Counted from the first letter of the stretch, positions 9,301 through 17,350 are shown. The stretch: 36,998 nt of DNA from Candidatus Portnoybacteria bacterium CG_4_9_14_3_um_filter_43_11 (GCA_002791035.1 PFWG01000009.1:1-36998); one strand, 5' to 3'. The notes: generated from the sequence alone by a model not told the origin. Program-made: numbers and translations.

Positions 9301-9738
9301 TGCTACTTGGTCGCAAAAAGCATAGGAATATTCCATTGCCCGACCGACATCGCGGACCGCGGCTCTAGCGGCCATTGTCCCAAAAGTGATAATTTGAGCA
9401 ACATGGTCATGGCCGTATTTTTGCCGGACATAATCAATAACTTCGTCGCGCCGGTCATCGGCAAAATCCAGGTCAATATCCGGCGGAGAGATTCGTGTGC
9501 TTTCAATCTTTTTACGAGGGTTGAATTTGCCTTGAGGCAGTTGAGATGTTATTCCGAGGGCAAACGCGACAAAGCTGTTAATATCGTTTTTATCTCCCTG
9601 TTTTTTCTGTAGATAAAGATTGTGGAAATCATCAATTAACCCGAATTTTTCTATTTGCTCCAATTCAAAACCTAATCTCTTTTGGTCAAGATCTGTTCTT
9701 TGCCGACAAACTTCTTTTAATTCTTCAAATTTTCCCAT
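6382..9738 (-). CDS. dnaE: DNA polymerase III alpha subunit, C-terminal fragment (palm/thumb/fingers/OB), containing an intein
   Basis: Canonical DnaE resumes at NPRKKIESTRISPPDIDLDFADDRRDEVIDYV. Further blocks are HASTHAAGVVI, LLKMDFLGLKTL, VGVFQLE[intein]SGGM, ALYRPGP, YGVMVYQEQ, FNKAHSVCYA and a C-terminal OB region. Confidence 0.9.
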   Translation of the reverse strand: MGKFEELKEVCRQRTDLDQKRLGFELEQIEKFGLIDDFHNLYLQKKQGDKNDINSFVAFALGITSQLPQGKFNPRKKIESTRISPPDIDLDFADDRRDEVIDYVRQKYGHDHVAQIITFGTMAARAAVRDVGRAMEYSYAFCDQVAKMIPFGSTLENAVNDSQELHNAYESDENTKRLIDMAKKLEGVARHASTHAAGVVITKEPLDKSVPCQHPTQDNESVVTQYEMHAIEDLGLLKMDFLGLKTLTVIQNTLNQIRELSGQEAEINNIPLNDKKTFHLLQQSNSVGVFQLECLSGDTIVSNTTIKGLYKRKDKKALESVYLDEGAIHKNQIIDVCCAGKKETLILVAENNWYIKATPDHYFLTENGWKQLKDIKEGEKILIKSKAKHLVYNTCQSCRKQISGQKEGKSNFCYKCSATFYRNPSKPKSREKISRARKIFYEKGGTPWNQGLTKETSLILQHTGQKISKALLGRTFDDFYGIKKSKEIKKKLSERFRGENNPMFGRKSPHRKGGYRKDLGHYVRSNWEADFARILNLYKVEYEYESKTFELKNSGGETLHYTPDFYVKNTNTFYEIKGWLHELDQKKMELFQKQYPQYNFVLISATKFAELSIKYKNLVKWECPIIPTKRSFKFLEVKEIKPGKKETTYDIVMKAPGNNFVANGFVVHNSGGMKRCLKQLKPTKFEDIVALVALYRPGPIEFIPEFIARKHGLREIEYLHPKLKPILENTYGVMVYQEQLMRIARDLAGFSLPEADVLRKAVGKKIKKLLDEQKDKMIEGMVTNGLEKKTAVKIWQTIEPFAQYGFNKAHSVCYALIGYQTAYLKSHFPTEFMAALMTSEQNDIERIAFLVDECKQMGIKVLPPSANESDCDFTKAGNMTIRFGLNAVKNVGHNIVSAIVNERKTNGPYQSIADFIERVESKDLNKKSLESLVKCGALDGFGERNQLLAGMEQMLSLARETQRARQSGQVSLFGAETNVAIPSFALPSVAPANKNEMLAWEKELLGLYISEHPLERYRKKLEKLTTSYRQISRNQSGRRIKIGGIINRIKKINTRNGQPMLFVEIEDLTGRFETIVFPKVLEQTAPAWQEDKIVLVSGRLSDRDENLKILCESVKVLE
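7732..8859 (-). mobile_element. Intein (376 aa) inserted in the DnaE GVFQLE|SGGM motif
   Basis: Block A is CLSGDTIV, with Cys1 at codon 8857-8859. Block B is TPDH. Blocks F/G are TYDIVMKAPGNNFVANGFVVHN followed by +1 Ser, with Asn at codon 7732-7734. Removing it restores the conserved FQLESGGM. The segment is visibly more AT-rich than flanking dnaE. Confidence 0.85.
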
Positions 9739-10696
9739 GATAGAAATTCTTTACGAAGATATATTTACGTTTGAGAAAATAATTTGAGTTACGATAAAGA
9801 TAATCGACGAATTTTTTGACATCTTCCTTGCGAAAAAGGCGCAGTTGATAACTTCCTTTGCCGCCGCCCCTGTCGTCAAATCTTATTTTATGAAAAGTTA
9901 TCTTTAACTGTTTTTCTAACATACTCTTGATTTCTTTGGAAAATTGATAAGAAGCAGAGGACAAAGCGGAACAAAGATAGATATATCTGTTACTTTCCCG
10001 TTTATCTAAATAGAAGCTTCCGTCGCCGTCGTACATTCCTCGCAAAAAGTGTCTTATTAATTTTTCCGGAATTAAGGGAATGGATAATTCTTTCCAGCTT
10101 TTTCTCGGCATTACGCCCAAATTAATTAATGAATTACGCAAATTTTGGTTACTGATTATTAAACAAAAATAATTTTTGTATTGATGGATGGGGCTAGTCG
10201 TCTCTAACAGTTTTCTACAGGTTTCAATCATATCTCTGTCATTTGAGGAGATATTAATGTGATTGCTTTTACTGGAAACACTGCCGTCGGAAAAAATTAT
10301 TCCTAAAAGGTAGGCCTTGCCTTCAGAATCAATTTTATCAAAAAATTTTTCATTAACTTTGTAGGCCCTACTTTTTATATTACATTGATTGCTGCAAAAA
10401 ATTTGATGAGGATTTCTAGATCTATATCCGAATACAGATTTACAGGTCGGACAAATTTTATCGTCGCGATTATATTTACGACGCGCCTTTGATGAGCATT
10501 TTTCGCCGCAATATTTTCGATTGCGAGTTTCTCTTTTATTTACAAACTCTTCGTTGCATTGAAGGCAAATTTTTTGGTAGGCCGCATTTTTTCGGAAACT
10601 ATTATAACAAGCAAGGGAACAAAAGCGGGCGGCAGATTCTCGATAATTGTGTATATAAAACTCTTTTGAGCAGGACTGGCAGATTTTTTTAATCAT
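9725..10696 (-). CDS. Free-standing double-motif LAGLIDADG homing endonuclease with three N-terminal CxxC...FCxxxC zinc modules
   Basis: LAGLIDADG motifs are [13 protein letters not shown] and [14 protein letters not shown]. The N-terminus has three CxxC-x15/16-CxxxC repeats. The ATG at 10696 overlaps the stop of the upstream dnaE fragment. The stop lies 14 nt inside the downstream dnaE fragment. The frame differs from both dnaE fragments. Confidence 0.85.
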   Translation of the reverse strand: MIKKICQSCSKEFYIHNYRESAARFCSLACYNSFRKNAAYQKICLQCNEEFVNKRETRNRKYCGEKCSSKARRKYNRDDKICPTCKSVFGYRSRNPHQIFCSNQCNIKSRAYKVNEKFFDKIDSEGKAYLLGIIFSDGSVSSKSNHINISSNDRDMIETCRKLLETTSPIHQYKNYFCLIISNQNLRNSLINLGVMPRKSWKELSIPLIPEKLIRHFLRGMYDGDGSFYLDKRESNRYIYLCSALSSASYQFSKEIKSMLEKQLKITFHKIRFDDRGGGKGSYQLRLFRKEDVKKFVDYLYRNSNYFLKRKYIFVKNFYHGKI

Positions 10697-11909
10697 GAAT
10701 TCCAAAATCCTCTTTATTCAAAAAGTATGTTTCTTTAACACTCAAGAATCTTTCAAAGAGCAAATCATATTTTAGCGGGTCAATGTCGGTAATGTTCAAA
10801 AGATGGGAAACAATGGAGCCGGCGGCGCTTCCTCGGCCCGGGCCGCAGACAATGCCGTTGGACTTGGCCCAGTTGATGAAATCGGCGACGATAAGAAAAT
10901 ACGAGGCGAAACCGGTTTTGGCAATAACTTTCAATTCGTAGTCCAGTCGTTCCAGAACTTTTTCTATCGGGCTGTCAAATTGGCGCTTCTTCAGCCCCTC
11001 CAGGCAAAGTTTTTTGATGTAGTCGTCGGGTGCTTCGCCGGTTGGAACCTCAAACGAAGGTAGCTGGATTTTGCCCAGTTCAAACTCAAAATTGCACGCT
11101 TGAACGATTTTTTGAGTGTTGGCTATCGCTTCGGGGATATGCTTGAAATCCTGAATCATTCTTTCCGTCGACCGAAGGGAAAAATCGTCGTCTTTCATCG
11201 TCAGCCGCCGCTGATCGTCCACTTTTTTGTCGGTCTGAATACTCATCAAGACATCTTGAGCTTCGGCGTCTTCGGGTCTGATGTAGTGAACGTCGTTGGT
11301 GGCGACCAAGGGGATGCCGCATTTTCTTGCCAGTTCAATCATGGCTTTATTGACCGGTTCCTGGCTGGACAGGCCGGGGTGGTGTTGGATTTCAAGGTAA
11401 AAATTTTCCGGACCGAAGATTTTTTGGTATTCCCGGGCGGCTTCCTCCGCTTCCTTTATTTTGCCGGCGGCAATTTTTTTAGGAACTTCGCCGGAAAGGC
11501 AAGCAGTCAGGGCGATCAGACCCTGGCTATGTTTTTTTAGGAGTTCTTTGTCTATGCGCGGCTTGTAATAAAAGCCGTCCAAATACGCCTTGGTGGTCAA
11601 TTTGACCAAATTGCGGTAACCAGTGTCGTTTTTGACTAAAAGAACAAGATGATTGAGTTTGTTGTCAATTCCCGGTTGGCGGTCAGCCATAGTTCGGGGA
11701 GCGAGATACATTTCGCTGCCGATAATGGGACGGATACCTCTTTTTTTGGCCTTCTGATAAAACTCGACTACGCCATACATAGAGCCATGGTCGGTTAAGG
11801 CGATGGAAGACATCTTCAACTCCTGGCACATATCCAAAATCTGGTCTATTTTAGCCAACCCGTCTAACAGAGAGTAATGAGAGTGAACATGTAAATGAGT
11901 GAATTTCAT
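10689..11909 (-). CDS. dnaE: DNA polymerase III alpha subunit, N-terminal fragment (PHP domain to ...FERFL)
   Basis: Contains the PHP motif [15 protein letters not shown], then [38 protein letters not shown] and [34 protein letters not shown]. This is followed by 17 non-DnaE residues and a stop. Confidence 0.9.
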   Translation of the reverse strand: MKFTHLHVHSHYSLLDGLAKIDQILDMCQELKMSSIALTDHGSMYGVVEFYQKAKKRGIRPIIGSEMYLAPRTMADRQPGIDNKLNHLVLLVKNDTGYRNLVKLTTKAYLDGFYYKPRIDKELLKKHSQGLIALTACLSGEVPKKIAAGKIKEAEEAAREYQKIFGPENFYLEIQHHPGLSSQEPVNKAMIELARKCGIPLVATNDVHYIRPEDAEAQDVLMSIQTDKKVDDQRRLTMKDDDFSLRSTERMIQDFKHIPEAIANTQKIVQACNFEFELGKIQLPSFEVPTGEAPDDYIKKLCLEGLKKRQFDSPIEKVLERLDYELKVIAKTGFASYFLIVADFINWAKSNGIVCGPGRGSAAGSIVSHLLNITDIDPLKYDLLFERFLSVKETYFLNKEDFGIHD

Positions 11910-11915
11910 AATCAG

Positions 11916-11924
11916 ATTATATCA
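11916..11924 (-). promoter_or_regulatory. Candidate extended -10 (TGATATAAT) 6 nt upstream of the dnaE ATG, implying a leaderless or near-leaderless mRNA
   Basis: The minus strand reads AGTGATATAATctgattATG. No Shine-Dalgarno sequence fits in the gap. Confidence 0.4.
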
Positions 11925-11935
11925 CTAGAGAAATC

Positions 11936-11984
11936 TTATTCGCTCGGAAATGAAAATACATTTTCATTTCGCTTGCTCATTACG
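11936..11984. repeat. 49-nt repeat, copy 1, centred on the palindrome GAAATGAAAAT-nn-ATTTTCATTTC
   Basis: The perfect 11+11 inverted repeat is at 11947-11970. By hand alignment 43 of 49 positions match copy 2 at 29765-29813. It lies in the dnaE/ligA divergent intergenic region. Confidence 0.8.
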
Positions 11985-12017
11985 ATTATATCACTTTTAT
12001 GTCTTTGGGCAAACTGC

Positions 12018-12046
12018 TTGAAAACGGCGTATTTTCGCGATATAAT
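12018..12046 (+). promoter_or_regulatory. Sigma70-type promoter of ligA (TTGAAA-17 nt-TATAAT), with the predicted start at or next to the ATG
   Basis: TTGAAA is at 12018-12023, the spacer is 17 nt, and TATAAT is at 12041-12046. The ligA ATG is at 12054, 7 nt after the -10 box. Confidence 0.6.
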
Positions 12047-12053
12047 AGAAGAC

Positions 12054-14114
12054 ATGACTAAAAAAGAGGCGGCCAAAAGAATTGCCCAATTAAGGAAAAC
12101 GATTAACTATTACAGTTATCAGTATCATGTTTTAGACAAACTGGATATCAGCGCTGCCGCCTGGGATTCTTTAAAGCATGAATTAAAACAGTTGGAAGAC
12201 GCCTTTCCCGACCTAATTACGCCAGATTCGCCGACCCGGCGCGTCAGTGGCCAGCCATTGGACAAGTTTATCAAAGTCAGCCACAAAGAGAGGATGCTGT
12301 CTTTGGAAGACGCTTTTTCGCCGGAAGAAACGGCGGCTTGGCAAGAGCGAATCCAAAAACTGGTTTCCGCCTCCGCTAAATCTGCGGCGAGCAATCCTCG
12401 CGATAAATTGGACTATTTCGCCGAACTCAAGATTGACGGCTTTGCCATCAGTTTGGTCTACAAAGACGGTCTTTTTGCCGTTGGTTCAACGCGAGGAGAC
12501 GGCCGGACCGGCGAAGATGTCACCCAGAATTTAAAAACAATTGAATCAATTCCTTTGAAATTGGAAATTCGGAACGGATGGCCAAACGACAACATCAAAA
12601 AAAAAGTTGAAGCACTGGTAAAAAAGGGGGAGATTGAAATCCGCGGCGAGGTTTATATGACCAAATCAGCTTTTAAAAAGGTAAACAGAGAAAGGGAAAA
12701 AGAAGGCCGGCCGCTTTATGCCAATCCGCGAAATACAGCCGCCGGCGGCATCCGGCAGCTTGACCCGAAAATAGCCGCTGACCGCCAACTCAATTTTTTG
12801 GCCTATGACATTGTGTCCGATTTGGGCCAAAAGACCCATCGGGAAAAACACCAGATTGCCCGGGCGCTGGGCTTTAAAACCGATATCGGCGGATACTGCC
12901 GCAATTTGGATGAGGTTATTGCTTTCTGGGAAAGAGTAGAAAAAAAAAGGGAAAAGATTCCTTTTCAGATTGACGGGCTGGTGGTCCAGGTCAACAGTGA
13001 TAATTTGTTTAAAAAATTGGGCGTGGTTGGCAAAACGCCGCGAGGAGCGATTGCTTTTAAGTTTAGACCAGCAGAGACGACAACGGTGGTAGAAGACATC
13101 ATCGTCCAAGTCGGCCGGACCGGGGCCTTGACGCCAGTGGCCAAATTGCGGCCGGTTAAAATCGGCGGGGTGGTGGTGACGCGGGCAACTCTCCATAATG
13201 AAGACGAAATCAAGCGGCTGGATGTTCGCATCGGCGATACGGTCTTGATTCAGCGGGCCGGAGATGTTATTCCCGACATTGTCGGAGCGATAAAAAAAAT
13301 GAGAACCGGTAAGGAAAAGAAATTCGTCATGCCTAAAAACTGTCCCATTTGCGGCGGACAAGTTGTCCGCTCCGAGGGGGAAGCGGTCCATCGCTGCGTC
13401 AACAAAAAGTGCGCTGTTATTCAAAAAAGACAGATTAACCACTTTGCTTCCCGAAAGGCCTTTGACATTGACGGACTGGGGCCTAAAATCGTCGCTCAAT
13501 TGATGAATGAAGGGATGATTTCAAAGTCGTCCGATATTTTTACTCTCCAAGAGGGCGACTTGATTCCTCTGGAAAGATTTGACCAGAAGTCGGCAAAAAA
13601 TTTAATCAATGCGGTAAAAGAAAGCCGCAGAATAACTTTGTCCAAGTTTATTTATGCCTTGGGCATTCGCCATGTCGGCGAAGAAACAGCCATAAATTTG
13701 GCTAACTATTTCAGCCGGCTGGAAAAGATTAAAAAGGCGAAATTGGACGACCTGCTAAAAGTCAAAGACACCGGAGAAATTGTTGCTAAAAGCGTTCGGG
13801 AGTGGTTTAATGATAAGAGCAATCAGAAACTCTTGGCCGATTTGGTTGAAAACGGGGTGGAAATAGAGAAACAAAAAACCGTTAAAAGAAAATTAGCCGG
13901 AAAAACGTTTGTTTTGACCGGACAATTGGAAGAGTTCACCCGCGACCAGGTCAAGGACAGAATCAGGCGATTGGGCGGCGATGTTTCTTCGTCGGTCTCC
14001 CCGGAAACCGATTTTGTCGTTGCCGGCGCTGAACCCGGCTCAAAATATGACCGGGCGAAAAAATTGGGGGTTAAAATAATCGGTGAAAAAGAGTTTAAAG
14101 AGATGACAAGGTAG
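12054..14114 (+). CDS. ligA: NAD-dependent DNA ligase
   Basis: The start was chosen at MTKKEAAKRIAQLRKTINYYSYQYHVLD (Ia domain). The adenylation motif is ELKIDGFAIS, and the Zn finger is CPICGGQVVRSEGEAVHRCVNKKC. An HhH region and a C-terminal BRCT (GKTFVLTG...) are present. The ORF-track extension from 11895 runs through the promoter and repeat. Confidence 0.95.
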   Translation: MTKKEAAKRIAQLRKTINYYSYQYHVLDKLDISAAAWDSLKHELKQLEDAFPDLITPDSPTRRVSGQPLDKFIKVSHKERMLSLEDAFSPEETAAWQERIQKLVSASAKSAASNPRDKLDYFAELKIDGFAISLVYKDGLFAVGSTRGDGRTGEDVTQNLKTIESIPLKLEIRNGWPNDNIKKKVEALVKKGEIEIRGEVYMTKSAFKKVNREREKEGRPLYANPRNTAAGGIRQLDPKIAADRQLNFLAYDIVSDLGQKTHREKHQIARALGFKTDIGGYCRNLDEVIAFWERVEKKREKIPFQIDGLVVQVNSDNLFKKLGVVGKTPRGAIAFKFRPAETTTVVEDIIVQVGRTGALTPVAKLRPVKIGGVVVTRATLHNEDEIKRLDVRIGDTVLIQRAGDVIPDIVGAIKKMRTGKEKKFVMPKNCPICGGQVVRSEGEAVHRCVNKKCAVIQKRQINHFASRKAFDIDGLGPKIVAQLMNEGMISKSSDIFTLQEGDLIPLERFDQKSAKNLINAVKESRRITLSKFIYALGIRHVGEETAINLANYFSRLEKIKKAKLDDLLKVKDTGEIVAKSVREWFNDKSNQKLLADLVENGVEIEKQKTVKRKLAGKTFVLTGQLEEFTRDQVKDRIRRLGGDVSSSVSPETDFVVAGAEPGSKYDRAKKLGVKIIGEKEFKEMTR

Positions 14115-14116
14115 TC

Positions 14117-14410
14117 ATGGTGAAATTGACCAAAAAAGAAGTTGAGCATGTGGCTAAACTGGCCCGACTGGGGCTGGCCGAAAAAGAAAAGGAAAAATTC
14201 TCAAACGAACTTTCAGTCATTTTGGATTTTGTTGAAAAATTAAACGAGGTCAAAACCGACAAAGTTGAACCGACAGCGCAGGTGACCGGATTGGAAAATG
14301 TTTACCGTCAGGACAAGGGAAGAGAGAGGGCGAAACAGGGAACCGACAAGCTTTTAGGCCTGACGCCGGAGACGGAGAACCGGTATGTCAAAGTCAAAGC
14401 CGTACTTTAA
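14117..14410 (+). CDS. gatC: Glu/Asp-tRNA amidotransferase subunit C
   Basis: 97 aa with VEHVAKLARLGLAEKEKEKFSNELSVILDFVEKLNEV. It lies directly upstream of gatA. Confidence 0.9.
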   Translation: MVKLTKKEVEHVAKLARLGLAEKEKEKFSNELSVILDFVEKLNEVKTDKVEPTAQVTGLENVYRQDKGRERAKQGTDKLLGLTPETENRYVKVKAVL

Positions 14411-14412
14411 GC

Positions 14413-15840
14413 ATGAATTTAAACGAACTGACAATTGAGAAAGCCCATCAGGGGTTAAAAAAAAGAGAGTTTTCTTCGGTGGAATTAACCGAGACGGTTT
14501 TGGACAGAATCAAAAAAAGAAACAAGGATATCAACGCCTATCTGACTATTAGCGAGGAGTTGGCTTTGAGTCAGGCGAGAAAAGCCGATAAAATAATCGC
14601 CAACGGCGACAAAATCGGACCGCTCGCCGGCATCCCGCTCGCCGTTAAAGACGCTATTTTGGTTGAAGGCGTCAGGTGCACGGCGGCGTCCAAAATTTTA
14701 GAAAGCTATGTTGCGCCCTATGACGCGACGGTGATTAAAAAATTAAGGAAAGCTGGAGCGGTTTTTGTCGGCAAGACCAATTTGGACGAGTTTACCATGG
14801 GGGCTTCGGGGGAAAGGTCGGCTTTTGGCCCGACGAAAAATCCCTATGACTTGGACAGGGTGCCGGGCGGCAGTTCCAGCGGCTCGGCGGCGGCAGTGGC
14901 GGACAATCAGTGCCTGGCCGCTCTCGGGACCGACACTGGCGGCTCTATTCGTCAACCGTCTTCTTTTTGCGGCGTAGTCGGTCTGAAGCCGACCTACGGC
15001 CGGGTTTCTCGCTTTGGGCTGATTGCGCATGCTTCTTCCTTGGACCAGATCGGGCCAATGGCAAAAACAGTTGAAGATGCCCGCCTGCTTTTCAACGCCA
15101 TAAAAGGAAAAGACGAAAACGATTCTACTTCGGTTGAATACGGCGACAAAGAAGAAATGATAGACATTAAAAACCTGAAAATCGGGGTGCCAAAGGAATA
15201 TTTTGTGGAGGGAATTGACCCGGAGGTGGAGAGAATAGTCAAAGAAGCGATTACCCAATACGAAAAATTAGGGGCAAAGATAACAGAAGTCAGCTTGCCG
15301 CATACGCAGTACGCCGTTCCTTGCTACTATATCATTGTGCCGGCCGAGGCCTCGGCCAATTTAGCCCGCTACGACGGAATCAGATACGGATTGTCGGAAC
15401 AAAGCAAAGACCTCTTGAGCGGTTATTTAAAGACGCGGCAAAGGGGTTTTGGCGACGAAGTCAGAAGAAGAATTATGGTCGGGACATATGTTTTATCGGC
15501 TGGCTACTACGACGCCTATTATCTTAAGGCCCAAAAAGTCAGGACTCTAATCAAACGGGATTTTGACAGCGCTTTTGAAAAAAACGATGTTTTAATGACG
15601 CCGGTTTCTCCGACACCGGCGTTTAAGATTGGGGAAAAAACCGATAATCCGTTAGCGATGTATTTAGCCGATATCTATACTGTTTCCTTGAATCTGGCTG
15701 GCGTTCCGGGGCTGTCTTTGCCTTGCGGCAAAACGGCAAGCGAAGGTCTGCCAGTCGGTCTTCAGATAATCGGCCGGCATTTTGACGAGGAGAAAATTTT
15801 CCAAGTAGCCGAGATTTACCGACAATCAAAAAATAACTGA
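14413..15840 (+). CDS. gatA: Glu/Asp-tRNA amidotransferase subunit A
   Basis: Amidase signature GGSSSGSAAAVA, plus GIPLAVKD and GTDTGGSIRQPSSFCGVVGLKPTYGRVSR. Confidence 0.95.
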   Translation: MNLNELTIEKAHQGLKKREFSSVELTETVLDRIKKRNKDINAYLTISEELALSQARKADKIIANGDKIGPLAGIPLAVKDAILVEGVRCTAASKILESYVAPYDATVIKKLRKAGAVFVGKTNLDEFTMGASGERSAFGPTKNPYDLDRVPGGSSSGSAAAVADNQCLAALGTDTGGSIRQPSSFCGVVGLKPTYGRVSRFGLIAHASSLDQIGPMAKTVEDARLLFNAIKGKDENDSTSVEYGDKEEMIDIKNLKIGVPKEYFVEGIDPEVERIVKEAITQYEKLGAKITEVSLPHTQYAVPCYYIIVPAEASANLARYDGIRYGLSEQSKDLLSGYLKTRQRGFGDEVRRRIMVGTYVLSAGYYDAYYLKAQKVRTLIKRDFDSAFEKNDVLMTPVSPTPAFKIGEKTDNPLAMYLADIYTVSLNLAGVPGLSLPCGKTASEGLPVGLQIIGRHFDEEKIFQVAEIYRQSKNN

Positions 15841-15841
15841 C

Positions 15842-16387
15842 ATGCGGACGATTTTTCTTGACTGGTACGACAATTTGTCCGCTTCGTCTTTTTCCATTAT
15901 GGACTCGTATAACGATTTCATTTTTCCGCTTAAAGTCGTTTCAGTAGTTATTTCCATTCTTTTTTTGACGACGATTGTCTTTTTGATTGCCAAACTTAGA
16001 AAGAATATCGGCCAATCACTAAAAACAGCGGGGGAAACCGCCTTTGCGTCTGAAAACGAACTGCCTAGAAAAGAATTTGCCAAGAGCTGGCAAAGCATTT
16101 TAAGTAAAGTTGAGTCGCAAGACGAGAATAGTTATAAAATCGCGGTGATAGAGGCGGATAAAATGCTAGATGACGTTTTGAAACGAATCGGCTGTGCCGG
16201 CGCCGATATGGGCGAACGACTTAAGCAAGTCGGACCCCATCAGTTATCCAATATTGACGACATCTGGCAGGCGCACAAAGCCAGAAACCGGATTGCCCAC
16301 GAGCCGGATTTTCGCCTGACCCAATCGCAGGCCAAGCGGGCGGTGGAGATTTTCCAGCGGGCGCTGGAGGACCTCCAGGCGATTTAA
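15842..16387 (+). CDS. Hypothetical membrane-anchored protein
   Basis: One N-terminal TM segment (VVSVVISILFLTTIVFLIA) and a helical C-terminal domain. It is tightly packed after gatA. I recognise no motif. Confidence 0.5.
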   Translation: MRTIFLDWYDNLSASSFSIMDSYNDFIFPLKVVSVVISILFLTTIVFLIAKLRKNIGQSLKTAGETAFASENELPRKEFAKSWQSILSKVESQDENSYKIAVIEADKMLDDVLKRIGCAGADMGERLKQVGPHQLSNIDDIWQAHKARNRIAHEPDFRLTQSQAKRAVEIFQRALEDLQAI

Positions 16388-16402
16388 GTCGGCTCTGGCC
16401 GG

Positions 16403-17350
16403 CTAATACATTTCAATGGGTCTGTTTTTAAAATCCCTGAACCGGACCGGGCTGAATTTCCAAAAATCCAAGGGTAGAGGAATTTTACCGAAGCCGTTGG
16501 GCGTATCAATCAAGTGGAAGGGGAAAGCGATGCCGGAAATATTTTTTCTCAATTTGGTCATAATCCTGATTTCTTTTTCAATCGGGACGATGAAATGTTC
16601 GGCCCCTTTAACCAGGTCGCAGTGATAGATATAGTAGGGCCTGATGCCCAAGTTGCTTAATTCGGTAAAAAGTTTTTTCAAAACAGAATAGGAATCGTTA
16701 ACGCCCTTCAAGAAAACCGACTGGGAAAGAAGAATGACCCCGGTTTGCCTAAGCGCTTCAAGCGCTTTGATGGTCTGAGGCGTAAATTCATCCGGGTGCT
16801 CAAAATGGACGCTTAAATAAAGCGGCTTTTTTTTGTTGATTTTTTTAAATAAACAGAGAATATCCTTGGTTATCAAGCCGGGTCGAGAAACCGGCACGCG
16901 GGTATGAAGGCGTAATTTCTTGATTTGCGGCAAAACAAGTATTTTATTCAGCGTGGTTGTCAGCAGGCGCGGAACAGTCAGGGGGTCGCCGCCCGAGAAG
17001 ACGGCTTCGTTAATTTCGGGGCGGCTTTTGAGATAATCAATTATTTTTTTGATATCAGCGGGGTAAATTTTGCCCTTTTTGATGTCCGAAACCATTCGAC
17101 GCCGAGTGCAAAAACGGCAGTAAGAAGCGCAATTCATGGTCAACTCTATTAATACCCGGTGCGGATATTTATGGACCAGACCCTTTGTTTTCCGATAAAT
17201 ATCCTCCAAGAGAGGATCTGTTAGAGCTTTTTTAGAAACAATGTTTTCTTTCGGCGAAGGGAAAAATTGTTTCTTTACCGCCGGCGATTTTTGGGCCAGT
17301 TTTTTCAGATGGCGGCTGATTTTAACGAGCATTTTTTCTCTTTTCGGCAA
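16403..17350 (-). CDS. KamA-family radical SAM aminomutase (lysine 2,3-aminomutase / EpmB-like)
   Basis: Contains the CxxxCxxC cluster CASYCRFCTRRR, FSGGDPL, and a short EpmB-like length. The start is ambiguous: TTG at 17350 or ATG at 17332 (MLVKISRH). Confidence 0.8.
   Translation of the reverse strand: MPKREKMLVKISRHLKKLAQKSPAVKKQFFPSPKENIVSKKALTDPLLEDIYRKTKGLVHKYPHRVLIELTMNCASYCRFCTRRRMVSDIKKGKIYPADIKKIIDYLKSRPEINEAVFSGGDPLTVPRLLTTTLNKILVLPQIKKLRLHTRVPVSRPGLITKDILCLFKKINKKKPLYLSVHFEHPDEFTPQTIKALEALRQTGVILLSQSVFLKGVNDSYSVLKKLFTELSNLGIRPYYIYHCDLVKGAEHFIVPIEKEIRIMTKLRKNISGIAFPFHLIDTPNGFGKIPLPLDFWKFSPVRFRDFKNRPIEMY

Noticed and set aside
9495-10745. The dnaE interruption as a group I or group II intron, or as a frameshifted in-frame intein.
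   Set aside because: The LAGLIDADG ORF fills almost all of the intervening DNA and overlaps both flanking ORFs by start/stop coupling. The N-fragment tail (SVKETYF...) lacks intein block A. There is no HN-plus-nucleophile junction before NPRKK. The segment upstream of NPRKK is a decayed copy of DnaE sequence, which neither introns nor inteins carry. I also could not find a U...G splice-site pair that restores FERFL|NP. RNA-level splicing still needs experimental exclusion.
11936-11984. The possibility of a CRISPR array or other tandem repeat array.
   Set aside because: Only two dispersed copies of the 49-nt element and two copies of the 41-nt repeat were seen. There are no regularly spaced repeats and no cas genes in the window.
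11895-12053. The N-terminal 53-codon extension of ligA proposed by the ORF track.
   Set aside because: It overlaps the dnaE start on the opposite strand and runs through the palindromic repeat and a canonical -35/-10 promoter. LigA homology begins at the Met at 12054.
12666-13499. A 277-aa minus-strand ORF inside ligA.
   Set aside because: It is antisense to a region with unambiguous LigA motifs. Its product is low-complexity with no recognisable domain. This is a typical shadow ORF.
14743-15258. A 171-aa minus-strand ORF inside gatA.
   Set aside because: It is antisense to the amidase signature region of GatA. This is a shadow ORF.
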